DNA of 64,000 bases from an uncultured Methanoregulaceae archaeon (GCA_963701095.1 OY969564.1:96001-160000), one strand, 5' to 3'. Counted from the stretch's first letter, positions 1-10,058 are shown. The notes: generated by a model from the letters alone, not told the origin. Program-made: numbers and translations.

Positions 1-29
1 ATCGCGTATTGTTTTTTGCAGGAAAAAGG

Positions 30-980
30 TTATTTCCTTCGTGAGACTTTCTTCTTTGCACCGGCAGTTTTTGTCGGTTTCTTCACTCCAGCGGATTTTT
101 TTCTGACCGGCTCCCCGGATATGGGATATCCTTCCCGGTCAGTAACCGTTTTAAATTCCGCCATGAGTTGACGGGTAATGGGGCCGGGTTTTCCTGAACC
201 GATAACTCTTCCATCGACCCAGGTGATGGGTGCAACCTCCGCTGCCGTCCCGGTGCAGATCAGTTCGTCAGCAGTATAGAGATCGAAGTATCCCAGGTTT
301 TGTTCACGAAACGTAATACCCAGCGACTCGGCGAGTTCCTTGACGACCATCCGGGTAATCCCCCGGAGGTTGTTAAGTGTATAGGGGGTGAGAATTTCGC
401 CGTTTTTGATGATATACAGGTTGTCGCCGGAACCCTCAGCAAGATACCCATTGGTATCAAAGAAGATCGCCTCGTCACCTCCTTTATAGTTCGCTTCGAT
501 CTTTGCAAGAATGTTATTGAGGTAATTGAGACTCTTTACGTTGGGTGGCAGTGATTCGGCTGCGTTTCTCCTGACCGAGACCGTAATAGCCTTGAGGCCT
601 TTCTCGTACAGGTCGCCGTACATTGCACCCCATGTCACGCAGATTACTATAACGGATGCTTTTGGGCATTTACGGGGATCGAGACCCAGATCCCCGATAC
701 CTCGGGTTATGATCGGCCGTATGTAAGCGTCGGTCAGTTTGTTCCTGCGCATTGTCTCGCAGATCACGTCGGTCATCTCTTCTTTCGTTATCGGCGGGGT
801 AATATCCAGGGTTTTTGCCGAATCGAACAACCGGTCGAGATGTTCTTTGAGCCGGAAGATTCTGCCCTTGTATGCGCGGATGCCTTCAAAGACACCGTCG
901 CCGTATAACAGGCCGTGATCGAACACGGAGATCTTTGCCAAGGCTTCAGGGAGGTATTTTCCGTCAATGTAAATGATCAT
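30..980 (-). CDS. ilvE: Branched-chain amino acid aminotransferase (class IV PLP enzyme)
   Basis: Motifs [41 protein letters not shown]. Confidence 0.96.
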   Translation of the reverse strand: MIIYIDGKYLPEALAKISVFDHGLLYGDGVFEGIRAYKGRIFRLKEHLDRLFDSAKTLDITPPITKEEMTDVICETMRRNKLTDAYIRPIITRGIGDLGLDPRKCPKASVIVICVTWGAMYGDLYEKGLKAITVSVRRNAAESLPPNVKSLNYLNNILAKIEANYKGGDEAIFFDTNGYLAEGSGDNLYIIKNGEILTPYTLNNLRGITRMVVKELAESLGITFREQNLGYFDLYTADELICTGTAAEVAPITWVDGRVIGSGKPGPITRQLMAEFKTVTDREGYPISGEPVRKKSAGVKKPTKTAGAKKKVSRRK

Positions 981-981
981 A
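970..981. repeat. Candidate attL core overlapping the ilvE ATG
   Basis: TAAATGATCATA, identical to 62847-62858; an 11-bp copy also lies at 1035-1045. Confidence 0.55.
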
Positions 982-1037
982 TTAGTAACACTCCGTCAAG
1001 ATATACACTTTTATTTTTATACCCGTTTGGGTAATAA

Positions 1038-2108
1038 ATGATCATTGTGTCTTCCAATACTAAAAAGATACGAAGTGTTCCGCTCTATCTCTCGCTGCTC
1101 GAAAAAGCCGGGCGCTCGCAACAAACTATCAGAACCTACCGGGAAGCATTGCTCTATTTTTCCCGGTTCCTGGACGTGCCGCTTGAAGAGCTGCACAAGC
1201 ACCTGAGCGTTGAGAACCTCCTCGCTTATACCGATAGCGCGGCCCTGAAAGATGCCAGCCAGAACACTCGTCGCATGTGGTTAGCGATCATCCACAAGTA
1301 CATGAAACTGAATGGCGTGGAGTTCGACGAGCTGGAGACTTCCGTATTCAAACTCCGGCGTGACGATGTCAGGCGTGACAAGCCGCTGAAGATTGAGACC
1401 TTGCAGAAAATGATGGATCTTGCGGATGTGCATATGAAAGCATACCTGTCATTCCTCATCTCGACGGGTTGCCGGATTAATGAATCAGCGGAAATTCTGA
1501 TTACGGATATACAAGGCAATAGGGTTACGATACGCCCGGAGATCGCCAAAGGACGACATGGTGGCACAACATTCCTGACATCGGAAGCCCGGGAATACCT
1601 CGACCTGTGGCTGCGTGAGCGGGACCAGTGGATTCAACAGGCAAATGTGCGGACGAATAATATCGGATTGCGCAGACCTCAGGGTGACCAACGGCTCTTT
1701 GCCTGCACATCAAATAATCTCTCGAAACGGTTTCAGAAACTGTATGAGACTGTCGACGGCGAGAGCAGCCCTATTAAGGGCGGAACTCGCAACAAGATCA
1801 CCCCTCACTCGTGTCGCGCATATTTCCGGACACATGCCGTCACCAGCATGGGGATTGACCTGGTTGAAGGTATCATGCGGCATACCGGGTATCTGAATGC
1901 CGCGTATGTCCGCATGTCAGACGATGAACGCGAGAGGTTGTTTCATCTCGGAGAACATGAATTGTACATCACGAGGGCAAGCATACGCAATGAGGAACGG
2001 AAGATCGAGGAGATCAGAAGGGAGCAGGAAGAGAAAATATTGACCCTGGAACGACGGACTAAAATACTGGAAGCCTTACTGAAAATCGATGACTCAAAAA
2101 AGAAATGA
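1038..2108 (+). CDS. Tyrosine recombinase/integrase with C-terminal coiled coil
   Basis: TGCRINE (R), AKG (K), HSCR (HxxR), MRH...AAY (catalytic Y); N-terminal SAM-like 'SQQTIRTY'. Confidence 0.92.
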   Translation: MIIVSSNTKKIRSVPLYLSLLEKAGRSQQTIRTYREALLYFSRFLDVPLEELHKHLSVENLLAYTDSAALKDASQNTRRMWLAIIHKYMKLNGVEFDELETSVFKLRRDDVRRDKPLKIETLQKMMDLADVHMKAYLSFLISTGCRINESAEILITDIQGNRVTIRPEIAKGRHGGTTFLTSEAREYLDLWLRERDQWIQQANVRTNNIGLRRPQGDQRLFACTSNNLSKRFQKLYETVDGESSPIKGGTRNKITPHSCRAYFRTHAVTSMGIDLVEGIMRHTGYLNAAYVRMSDDERERLFHLGEHELYITRASIRNEERKIEEIRREQEEKILTLERRTKILEALLKIDDSKKK

Positions 2109-2307
2109 TTTGCCCTTAGTTTCATTTTTTGAAACTTTTGGTATTTTTTTTATATCATGTAAAGCGTTTTAGATATACCGCCTTGATTCTGAATAGATGT
2201 TAATTCACAGGGTTAAACAACAGATTCAGAGGGCGTTTTGGATCTGTTACCTTTCATACCGCACGTTTATGCATATAGAATCGGTGATACTGCACGCGCA
2301 AGACTAG

Positions 2308-2472
2308 GTGAGGCCAATTAATCCGACCATCGACGAACAACTTAATGATACCAATAAAAATTACAGTACGGGATTTGACGAGGATTTTCGACAGATTATC
2401 ATCAATATTATCAAGAGCGAAGAGTTTTCAGAATTTCTAAAAAAGGAAATTATCGAGATTGCTGAGAGATAA
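2308..2472 (+). CDS. 54-aa ORF convergent with the repressor (not in the ORF track)
   Basis: Read manually: GTG...MRPINPTIDEQLNDTNKNYSTGFDEDFRQIIINIIKSEEFSEFLKKEIIEIAER*. Confidence 0.4.
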   Translation: MRPINPTIDEQLNDTNKNYSTGFDEDFRQIIINIIKSEEFSEFLKKEIIEIAER

Positions 2473-2713
2473 TTTCTCTCATTAAACGCTCCAGTTCTCT
2501 TTTTACAGCCGGGTTACTCTTCATAAATGTAAGGATGGTTTCCTGCATACTACCTTCAAACTCTTTCCGGTTTTTATAATACTGTAACGCGGTATTCACC
2601 AAGTCACTAACTGACTCAAAAGGAGGTTTATTTCCATCTTTTGAATCTGTCTGATCCTGAACCCATTTGTCAAGATCGTTATTTATCTTGAATGACACCT
2701 GCCGTTTTACCAT
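2450..2713 (-). CDS. Ribbon-helix-helix (CopG/Arc-like) regulator, probable immunity repressor
   Basis: N-terminal strand 'QVSFKI', 'FESVSDLVNTAL'; divergent from the early operon. Confidence 0.7.
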   Translation of the reverse strand: MVKRQVSFKINNDLDKWVQDQTDSKDGNKPPFESVSDLVNTALQYYKNRKEFEGSMQETILTFMKSNPAVKRELERLMREIISQQSR

Positions 2714-2854
2714 AATCTTCTCGCCTCAATCTTAGTGATAATGGTACTACCATATACGTTATTTAATAGTATCACCATTTTTCCACCTTTTCGGCATGCT
2801 TATATTGTTCAATTTCGTAAGTAGATCCACCCACCATAGAGGTGTGAATGTAAA

Positions 2855-3001
2855 ATGAGTAAACGAGCAACAATTGAACTCGGAGACAACAATGAACGCA
2901 TCGTTGACACGCTTATCGAAAAAGGCATTTATAAAACCAAAATTGAGGCGATTCGTGCTGCAGTACGTGAACATGGCATAAAGTACGGAGTTTTGGCATG
3001 A
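2855..3001 (+). CDS. 48-aa RHH protein in a Cro-like position (not in the ORF track)
   Basis: MSKRATIELGDNNERIVDTLIEKGIYKTKIEAIRAAVREHGIKYGVLA; GAGGTG RBS upstream; typical archaeal RHH pattern. Confidence 0.75.
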   Translation: MSKRATIELGDNNERIVDTLIEKGIYKTKIEAIRAAVREHGIKYGVLA

Positions 3002-3165
3002 TCGAATCACTCGATTATCCGGCAGCGATGACCCCGGAAGATGTAAGATACTTCCGTGAACTCGGGCTCGGGCATAAAATAGACATTGGTCTGAAGATTG
3101 GTGCCCTGGAACTGATTAATGAGCAACAATATGGTGACCGGCATGCAAGCAAAAACAGGTTATAA
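2998..3165 (+). CDS. Small hypothetical viral protein (55 aa)
   Basis: ATGA overlap with the previous gene; MIESLDYPAAMTPEDVRYF... Confidence 0.5.
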   Translation: MIESLDYPAAMTPEDVRYFRELGLGHKIDIGLKIGALELINEQQYGDRHASKNRL

Positions 3166-3496
3166 CGGCGCCCCGACCCCACAGCCTGCAAGCATCGCGG
3201 GAGAGGGAAGCGCCGGTATAGTATCAGAACACGATCAGAAATATGTGCGCTCAACCTGCATCAGGTGCTGGCAGAAAGTCGTTATTGCATGGAAAAAGGG
3301 CGATTACCTGAAAGACAAGAAATGCCCCCTCTGTGGCGGCCGTCTTTTGGGTAAGGTGCCGGTCAAAAAGGGAGATCCTGATTACCCTGTTCTCGATGCA
3401 GACGCGACCCGGGCTACTGCGTTTCATTGTACAGCAGTCACAGGGACAAATCCGTTCGAGTTCGTGAGTTCTGCGCATGAACTGGTGGGACCATGA
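3119..3496 (+). CDS. Zinc-ribbon protein (start uncertain)
   Basis: CIRC...CPLCGG; ATGA overlap with the next gene. Confidence 0.55.
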   Translation: MSNNMVTGMQAKTGYNGAPTPQPASIAGEGSAGIVSEHDQKYVRSTCIRCWQKVVIAWKKGDYLKDKKCPLCGGRLLGKVPVKKGDPDYPVLDADATRATAFHCTAVTGTNPFEFVSSAHELVGP

Positions 3497-4308
3497 CCGA
3501 TCCCCGCATCATTGATTCACCTCTCGGTCCGGTGATCCCGGTAATCGATATCGCCAAACAGGTGGGATGCAGCCGCACTACCATCTCACATTCCATGCAA
3601 AGGCATCCAGCCCTTTTCAAGGATGTGACTTCAATTCAATGGCTGGAAACCCCTAGTGGCAGGCAGAAACATACCTGTATTGCAAAATCGGCAGTAGAGG
3701 ATCTTATCTCTCACCTACGGCCGATTAACCGTGACAACCTGCCGGAACGCATCGACACGTTCCGGGCGGCACAGATCAGGAAAAATAGTGCAGGAGCACC
3801 GGCCCTGTCTGATATTCTCGCCGAATATGCCCGGCAGGCAAGCGTGCTCGCAAAAGATTGGGATGTAAATCCGGCAGTTGCACAGAAAGTATCCATGGCA
3901 ACGGCCGTGGAAAGATATCCGGATCTGATGCCGTACCGGGCGCTTGTCGGAGGAAACGCTTCAGAAGAGGCACCAGTATCCCTTGCATTAACACCGGGCT
4001 TGCAGGCCGATCCCGATTATGACAAATTCTTCTCTCTCCGCAAGCTGGCACAGATCTGTCAGTGTGAAGAAAAAGTCGCCAGGAAGATCTTAGTCGATGA
4101 GGGTGTGATCGCATACCAGAACACCCACCTGATCCTTACCCATTATGGAGACCGGTTCGGCAAGATCTTTAAAGTCACCCCGGAAGCCCCACACAGAACG
4201 TATGAGGAAAGCAGGATCCGGTATAGCCCGGACGCCGTGCAACTCGTACGCGGGAAACTGTTCTGCATTCAGACAACACTTACGCAGGGAAAGAAAGCGA
4301 CGGGGTGA
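3493..4308 (+). CDS. Phage antirepressor-like DNA-binding protein
   Basis: N-terminal Bro/P22-AR-like segment (DIAKQVG...TPSGRQKHTCI); C-terminal KilA-C/ANT-like segment (SLRKLAQ...ILVDEGVI). Confidence 0.6.
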   Translation: MTDPRIIDSPLGPVIPVIDIAKQVGCSRTTISHSMQRHPALFKDVTSIQWLETPSGRQKHTCIAKSAVEDLISHLRPINRDNLPERIDTFRAAQIRKNSAGAPALSDILAEYARQASVLAKDWDVNPAVAQKVSMATAVERYPDLMPYRALVGGNASEEAPVSLALTPGLQADPDYDKFFSLRKLAQICQCEEKVARKILVDEGVIAYQNTHLILTHYGDRFGKIFKVTPEAPHRTYEESRIRYSPDAVQLVRGKLFCIQTTLTQGKKATG

Positions 4309-4471
4309 CCTCGATGGGCAAGCGAAAACGCATGTTACAACGAGCAGCGCCGTTGCTGTTCCGGTCGCATGACCTGTATGCAGAGTGCCGGAAGTATGGT
4401 GTAAGGGATATCTATGATCTGCCGGTCACGGTGCATTTCGCGTTCCGGTCGGAGCGGCTACGAGGTGCAGC

Positions 4472-5137
4472 GTGAGAGCACAGTATTGTCGGGAGCATAT
4501 CGACAAAGTAGCTGAAGAGTGCGGCATCAGCGAAGAGTACGTTTCTGATGTGAAGAAAGCCGCCAAGTTTTGTTCAGTGGCAGGAGAATTCTCCGACTGT
4601 GCTACCAGCGCAATTCTGGCTTTGATTAACGTTTCGGATGATATAGTGAGAGATAAAGCCATATCGTCCGTGTCAAATTCGTTGAAATCACTAAAGCATC
4701 CCCTGAACGGGCAGTTCCTGAAAGAGCGAAAATTGCCAGAAAAGACCATCAAGAAGGTGATACGGAATATAGAGCGGGAAGTACGGGGCGAGCTGACAAA
4801 GACCTATGAGAAAGAGCGGCGACCTGCACCGGAAACACCAAAAGAACCTGAAATAGAGCATATTGTTGAGGCACAGACCGGGTTCACGACCGCGGCAAGG
4901 ATGAGTGACGGTCTTGGCAACACATTCATCCGGGGAAATCCGCTCAAAATCACACCGGTTCAGCTGACCAAACTACAGGCAGAATCCGCGATAACTTCTG
5001 TGGTTCGGGGTCACTGGACGGATAAAGATCGTGCCGCCCTGGATGATCTCCGCAAGAACGGAGAGCTCGGCGATACGGATCACGACATCCTCTACAATGC
5101 GATGTGGACGTGCCATGATCGGTTGGGGGGTGCGTGA
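4472..5137 (+). CDS. Hypothetical viral protein
   Basis: 221-aa ORF in the early operon. Confidence 0.6.
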   Translation: MRAQYCREHIDKVAEECGISEEYVSDVKKAAKFCSVAGEFSDCATSAILALINVSDDIVRDKAISSVSNSLKSLKHPLNGQFLKERKLPEKTIKKVIRNIEREVRGELTKTYEKERRPAPETPKEPEIEHIVEAQTGFTTAARMSDGLGNTFIRGNPLKITPVQLTKLQAESAITSVVRGHWTDKDRAALDDLRKNGELGDTDHDILYNAMWTCHDRLGGA

Positions 5138-5401
5138 TGGCCGAACACAAAAAAGGTCACAAGGGTACGGTATCTACCCTCCGGTACAACCGGCAACGGC
5201 GTCGGACAAAGAAAGGACTGGAAAAACCGATTGAGTATACCACGACAGTAGAAGAAGCAGCTCTCGCGTTGGTGATGTGATTTTGTCGCATCTACCTACC
5301 TACCTCAGCGTACCGTCCGGTTATGTTATGTTATGTAACATAATCCGTAGTTCGGATTTTGGCATTAAGTCAATTTCAGGGTTCCATTCGCTGCAAAGGG
5401 G

Positions 5402-5869
5402 TTGGGGTCTTTGAGGAAAAACCACACCGTCAGTCTCGAAGAGGAAGATGTGCAACTTGCGCAAGCACTCGGTCTGACCAATCTTTCCGATTATGTCCGG
5501 AGTGCAATCTCGTATTTTATTTCTGGTTCAGATCGGGAACTCACCCCCACCGAGATCCGCGAACTCTCAAAAAAACTCGCTCTGGAAAAGCGAGCAGAAC
5601 TTCAAAAACAACAGAAAATCACCGGCCAGTCCAATGAGGAAAAACTGAAGATCGAAGATCTCCGTGCACAACGGCTTGCAAAGATTATCGAGTCGGTGAA
5701 AATCGAATCTTCCCGGGTCGGGTTCGACCGGTTCAAACGATACCTGGACGATCCCTATGGTGACTACGTTGCGATCCAAGACGACATTATAGCAGCAGTC
5801 TCGAATAGTGCCGGTTTCCCGGTGGATCTCGCTGATGTTGTCCAGGCGTTCAGGCAGGTGTCGGCATGA
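5402..5869 (+). CDS. RHH/CcdA-like N-terminal DNA-binding protein with coiled coil
   Basis: HTVSLEEEDVQLAQALGLTNLSDYVRSAI. Confidence 0.55.
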   Translation: MGSLRKNHTVSLEEEDVQLAQALGLTNLSDYVRSAISYFISGSDRELTPTEIRELSKKLALEKRAELQKQQKITGQSNEEKLKIEDLRAQRLAKIIESVKIESSRVGFDRFKRYLDDPYGDYVAIQDDIIAAVSNSAGFPVDLADVVQAFRQVSA

Positions 5870-6300
5870 GTTCCAACGGTGGCCCCCGGATTAAGAACGC
5901 GAAGAAAACCGTTATTGATAAGATCACTTTTGCATCGCATATGGAAGCCCGGCGATATATTGAGCTTAAGCGGCTGAAAGCGGCCGGGGTCGTGACTAAG
6001 ATTGATTGCCAGCCGGTATTTATGCTGCAACCTGCGTACCGGAAATGCTGCGATGTGAAATATGATGCCGAAATGACGCCGTTTCTCTATAAAAAAGGCA
6101 TCTGTGAGGTATGCGGGAAGAAGATGCCCGTGGTCAAGGCGATCCGGTATGTTGCCGATTTCCGGGTTACGTATGCAGATGGTCATTTTGAGGTAGAGGA
6201 AGTGAAAGGGTATGCCCAGGAGGTTTGGAGAATCAAGAAGAAAATTTTCGAATTCCGGTACCCGGAGATCACGCTTACAGTAGTAAAGAAGGTGCGGTGA
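5866..6300 (+). CDS. DUF1064-family PD-(D/E)XK nuclease with Cys-rich insertion
   Basis: FASHMEARRY, QPVFMLQ, YVADF...EEVKG; inserted CC...CEVC. Confidence 0.8.
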   Translation: MSSNGGPRIKNAKKTVIDKITFASHMEARRYIELKRLKAAGVVTKIDCQPVFMLQPAYRKCCDVKYDAEMTPFLYKKGICEVCGKKMPVVKAIRYVADFRVTYADGHFEVEEVKGYAQEVWRIKKKIFEFRYPEITLTVVKKVR

Positions 6301-6827
6301 TGACCCACAAACGCAACGGGAATTACAAAACCCTGAAAGATGAATGGGAAACCCCGGACTGGCTCTTTGCATTACTTGACCGGGAGTTTGATTTCCGGGT
6401 GGATGCAGCTGCTCGTAAACACAACACAAAAACCGGACTTTATTTCGAAGACGCACTTTCCGTAGACTGGGCGCATCAAGGGGGCATTGATCCCAGCTAT
6501 TTCCTTAATCCTCCCTACAGTGCCGGGAATATCTCCCGGTTTATGAAGAAAGCCTATGAGGAATCCCTGAAGGGTGCGGTAGTTGTTTGTCTTGTACCGG
6601 TCGCATCGGATACCGGATGGTGGCATACCTACGTGATGAAAGCAGACGAGATCCGGTTCATCAAAGGCCGGGTGAAGTTTATCGGGTACGATGGACAGGG
6701 CAACCCTATCAGGAACTCACCGACGTTCTCATCATGTGTTGTTATTTTTCGGGAAATGTATAAAAAAAGGTTCACTCCGTATATCGGGAAAACCGTCGAG
6801 CGACCCCGGAAGTGTGTGCAGTCATGA
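6300..6827 (+). CDS. Phage DNA N6-adenine methyltransferase (Dam-like)
   Basis: EWETPDWLF, FRVDAAA, NPPY, DTGWW, IRFIKGRVKF. Confidence 0.9.
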   Translation: MTHKRNGNYKTLKDEWETPDWLFALLDREFDFRVDAAARKHNTKTGLYFEDALSVDWAHQGGIDPSYFLNPPYSAGNISRFMKKAYEESLKGAVVVCLVPVASDTGWWHTYVMKADEIRFIKGRVKFIGYDGQGNPIRNSPTFSSCVVIFREMYKKRFTPYIGKTVERPRKCVQS

Positions 6828-7069
6828 ATGAAGAAACAAGAGTTATTTGGGGACGTTCACGAAGCGAGAAAGCAAAATATGTCCATCTTTTTATCAATGA
6901 CGAAGACTGCTGTGGACTAGGATCGCGGCTGGATCTGCAAAACGACGATTGGGATCCCAACAATCCCGAAACATGCCCGCACTGCAGGAAATATTTTGCA
7001 TGGCTAAAAAGGGGATTTCACCGCGTTCCAGAATCTTCAGGAATGCGTAAAAATTCGTTGGCTAAATAG
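6824..7069 (+). CDS. Small Cys/His-rich hypothetical protein
   Basis: VH...CCG...CPHC. Confidence 0.55.
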   Translation: MNEETRVIWGRSRSEKAKYVHLFINDEDCCGLGSRLDLQNDDWDPNNPETCPHCRKYFAWLKRGFHRVPESSGMRKNSLAK

Positions 7070-7141
7070 AATATAATTGATAAGTTAAATCCCATTGACA
7101 CAACAGCACAATTAAGTGTTATACTATGGGATAGTTTAATT

Positions 7142-8353
7142 ATGGAAGGAGGATTCTATGAAATTTTTCCGGGAAAAAAGCAAAAAGAACATTTTGTCCC
7201 TAAATGGTATCTAAGAAATTTTTCTTCCACTCCAGATCAAGGTCATATATGGGTTTATACTACTGAAACGAAAAAAATTAAACAAGAGCCCATTAATCTA
7301 GTTGCACAAAAACAAGGATTTTACGGAAAAGAATTCGAAGATTCATTGGACCCGATTGATACTAGAACGAAGCGTGTAATTGAAAATATTATTTTAAGCG
7401 AAAATATTGATGGTTTAACAAGTACTCAGGAAACCACATTACATGAGTTTTTTACTTTACAATATTATCGAACAGAACATGCAAAAAAGCTCGTCGAAAA
7501 TCAGCTAGAATTTACCATAAAATTTCAAATGGTACCAAAATTAAAACAATCCTATAAACATATTGCCGAAAAAGATTTTGTATCGATATTGAGTGAACCT
7601 CCGACACCTAATTTTTTTCTGTTAAACATCGATATGGCATTATGTTCAATAAAAGCGTTATCCGATTTAACCCCATATTTAATAAAAAATAACACTAATG
7701 TGCCATTTTTTACGAGTGATGACCCCGTAGCTTTCAATAATCGTTATCATGTACCCAATAAATTTTTAATCGGTCTTCATTCCGTTGGTTTACAAATATT
7801 TTGTCCAATAAACGAAAGATACAGCATAATGTTAATTCATAGAGAGGCTTACGATTTAAAAAATTCTGATAGATCTCTTATCAAATTAACTTCAAAAAAA
7901 GATGTTGATTTATTCAATAAATTACAGATCTTAGACAGTCATTTCCAGATTTTTTCAAAAAAGAACTCCTTGAGTTATATTCAACATTTGCATAAAGAAT
8001 CGGAAATGATGAAAAAATCAAAAGGGTTCGACATAAAATTACAAAATGAGATTCCTAGTGAAATTAAAGAATATAAAAAAGTAGAAAGAAGAGACTATGG
8101 ATTACAATTTTCATTTTTAGAGCGTAATAAGAATTTTGTTAGGAACGAATGGCCAAAATGTTTAAGGGAATCACAATCATCCAAAACGGCTTTTGTGCGG
8201 AATAAAGAAATTTATGACGAAGTAATGGCTAATACCGACTCATTTATATCCTCATTTTTGAAGAATTATCAATCAATGATGGAGCAAAAAGTAACTCAGC
8301 TCGATTCAAAAACGATTTCTGTAAAACATCCAAGATATATCAATCAAACATGA
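7142..8353 (+). CDS. DUF4238-family protein (AT-rich moron)
   Basis: N-terminal HFVPKWYLRNF; FFTSDDPV; IFCPIN. Confidence 0.8.
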   Translation: MEGGFYEIFPGKKQKEHFVPKWYLRNFSSTPDQGHIWVYTTETKKIKQEPINLVAQKQGFYGKEFEDSLDPIDTRTKRVIENIILSENIDGLTSTQETTLHEFFTLQYYRTEHAKKLVENQLEFTIKFQMVPKLKQSYKHIAEKDFVSILSEPPTPNFFLLNIDMALCSIKALSDLTPYLIKNNTNVPFFTSDDPVAFNNRYHVPNKFLIGLHSVGLQIFCPINERYSIMLIHREAYDLKNSDRSLIKLTSKKDVDLFNKLQILDSHFQIFSKKNSLSYIQHLHKESEMMKKSKGFDIKLQNEIPSEIKEYKKVERRDYGLQFSFLERNKNFVRNEWPKCLRESQSSKTAFVRNKEIYDEVMANTDSFISSFLKNYQSMMEQKVTQLDSKTISVKHPRYINQT

Positions 8354-8503
8354 ATATTTTTTTTATTTTTTAACCATTTTCACTCTAAAAATCGCAATAT
8401 TCCATTCAATAAAGATTCTAAATTATCAATTTCACCGTCCCGCACCCTCCTTGACCATCCCGTACCCTAATTTCCACTTATCTCAGGCTACCGTCCATTC
8501 TCT

Positions 8504-9079
8504 TTGGTAAATGCCCCATCCAACGTGGCGGGGCTTTTGGAGTATTTTCTCATGACAAACCCGATTGCAACGCCCACAGGGCTGTACAAGGCTGGTCCGG
8601 CCGGTGTCGGCGGCGAATACCAGACACTCGACTTGATCAACCAGCGGATCTTCATGCTGAACCAGGAACGCATCGTATATGGTCTCCAGTTCGCTGCACC
8701 GGCCACCGTGCCGGTAAACAACGAGGGCATCAAGGACAGCGTAATCATCGATATTGTTCTCGATGGCGACGATGCCCACACAATCCACGACCCGCACCAG
8801 TCGTATTCCTTCCTGTATTGCACCGACTATCCTGCACAACAGAATGGCACATGGTTCGGCTTCTTCAGGGTACCGAATAACAATCCGTCGCTCATTGCCC
8901 CAGGCGCGCACCAGGTCACTGTCAAGGTCGCACCCCGCACGCCTCCTCTGGCTGGTACATCCTCTGCTAACCAAATCCTCCCGCCCCGGAACTTCTCCCC
9001 GGCAGCTGGTGGCGTCAGCAAGACGTTCGTCTACTTTATCGAACCGCTTGCAAACATACCCTCGCAGACATCTGTGTGA
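8504..9079 (+). CDS. Hypothetical viral protein
   Basis: 191-aa ORF with codon usage like the provirus late genes. Confidence 0.6.
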   Translation: MVNAPSNVAGLLEYFLMTNPIATPTGLYKAGPAGVGGEYQTLDLINQRIFMLNQERIVYGLQFAAPATVPVNNEGIKDSVIIDIVLDGDDAHTIHDPHQSYSFLYCTDYPAQQNGTWFGFFRVPNNNPSLIAPGAHQVTVKVAPRTPPLAGTSSANQILPPRNFSPAAGGVSKTFVYFIEPLANIPSQTSV

Positions 9080-9081
9080 CC

Positions 9082-9791
9082 ATGTCTGCACAAACAGATC
9101 CAAATGAGGTTCCCCAGAACGACCCGAACGCCCGGCCGGATTCACCTTCGACCCGTACGCTGCACCGTGCCAGCAGGGAAATATCATTTCCTTTATCCCG
9201 TTCAGTTACCGGGACGACCACATCTACCAGGACGGTTTCAATGTAGGATTCCGGGCACTCTCCCCGGCCGACATCCAGCCGTGTCCCCCACTCTGGAGAG
9301 ATAAGCGATACGTCTGGGCAGCAGGCCAAGACGCCGGGTTCAAAGCCGGCAGGCTCTCGGACGCCGACAAAGCCCGGATAGCAGCACAACCCCCATTGTT
9401 GCTCACGGTGGATCCCCGTACCGGGTATAGTATCGATCCGTGGAGCGGTCCGGAATATCTCCTCGATGTGCACGATCCCCGTATTCCCTACCACACCAAG
9501 CGGCAACAGATGGTCTCATTGCTCGCAGCCCAGGAAGGTGCCGCCGCAAAGGATCGGGAATCCATCCCGGTTTGCCCTCCGATGTTTAGCGATGTGGAGC
9601 ATTACTGGGACTCGGACTCGATTGCCGGGTATGAGGCAACTCATAGTACCACGCTCCTCCGGATCAAGGGATTCGTAATCAATGAGTTCCTGACCAAAGC
9701 CGGGACTGCCGACTGGACGAGTATCGCGCTCAAGATCGTCTTCGGGCCGGTATTACTGTACGGTGGCTCCACGCTCTTGCACTTGCTCTAG
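9082..9791 (+). CDS. Hypothetical viral protein broken by two apparent 1-bp deletions
   Basis: Coding-like segments continue across frames at C-runs near 9135 and 9285 into ORF 9396-9791. Confidence 0.45.
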
Positions 9792-9812
9792 TATCACCTC
9801 ATAATCACCTCC

Positions 9813-9896
9813 GGCCTGTGTTTGCCTGCCGTCTGGATCTTGTTCCCCGGCACGGCGCAAAGCCCTCACGGGTGCGGTTCACTCCGCCCGGGCCCA
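9813..9896 (+). ncRNA. tRNA-like structured element (acceptor-like stem plus T-arm, no canonical D/anticodon arms)
   Basis: GGCCTG (9813-18) pairs with CGGGCC (9889-94); GCGG-TTCACT-CCGC T-arm; ends CCA; intergenic. Confidence 0.35.
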
Positions 9897-9901
9897 TTGA
9901 C

Positions 9902-10051
9902 ATGAAAAAGATAACAGAAAGCGACTGGCAGCGTTCCATCCAGCCCCAGTGCATAGATGCCCGGCCCGTCCGAGGTGGAACAAACTGCACTCACCCGGAC
10001 GGAACCGGATATTGCTATTTCAAAAATTGCCCGAAGGTCGCATCCCCGTGA
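9902..10051 (+). CDS. Small Cys-rich protein (49 aa)
   Basis: MKKITESDW...C...C...CYFKNCP. Confidence 0.5.
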   Translation: MKKITESDWQRSIQPQCIDARPVRGGTNCTHPDGTGYCYFKNCPKVASP

Positions 10052-10058
10052 GGTACGC

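Noticed and set aside
9813..9896. Canonical tRNA gene or tRNA integration site
   Set aside because: No D-arm or 7-nt anticodon loop and no second copy; kept only as a tRNA-like element
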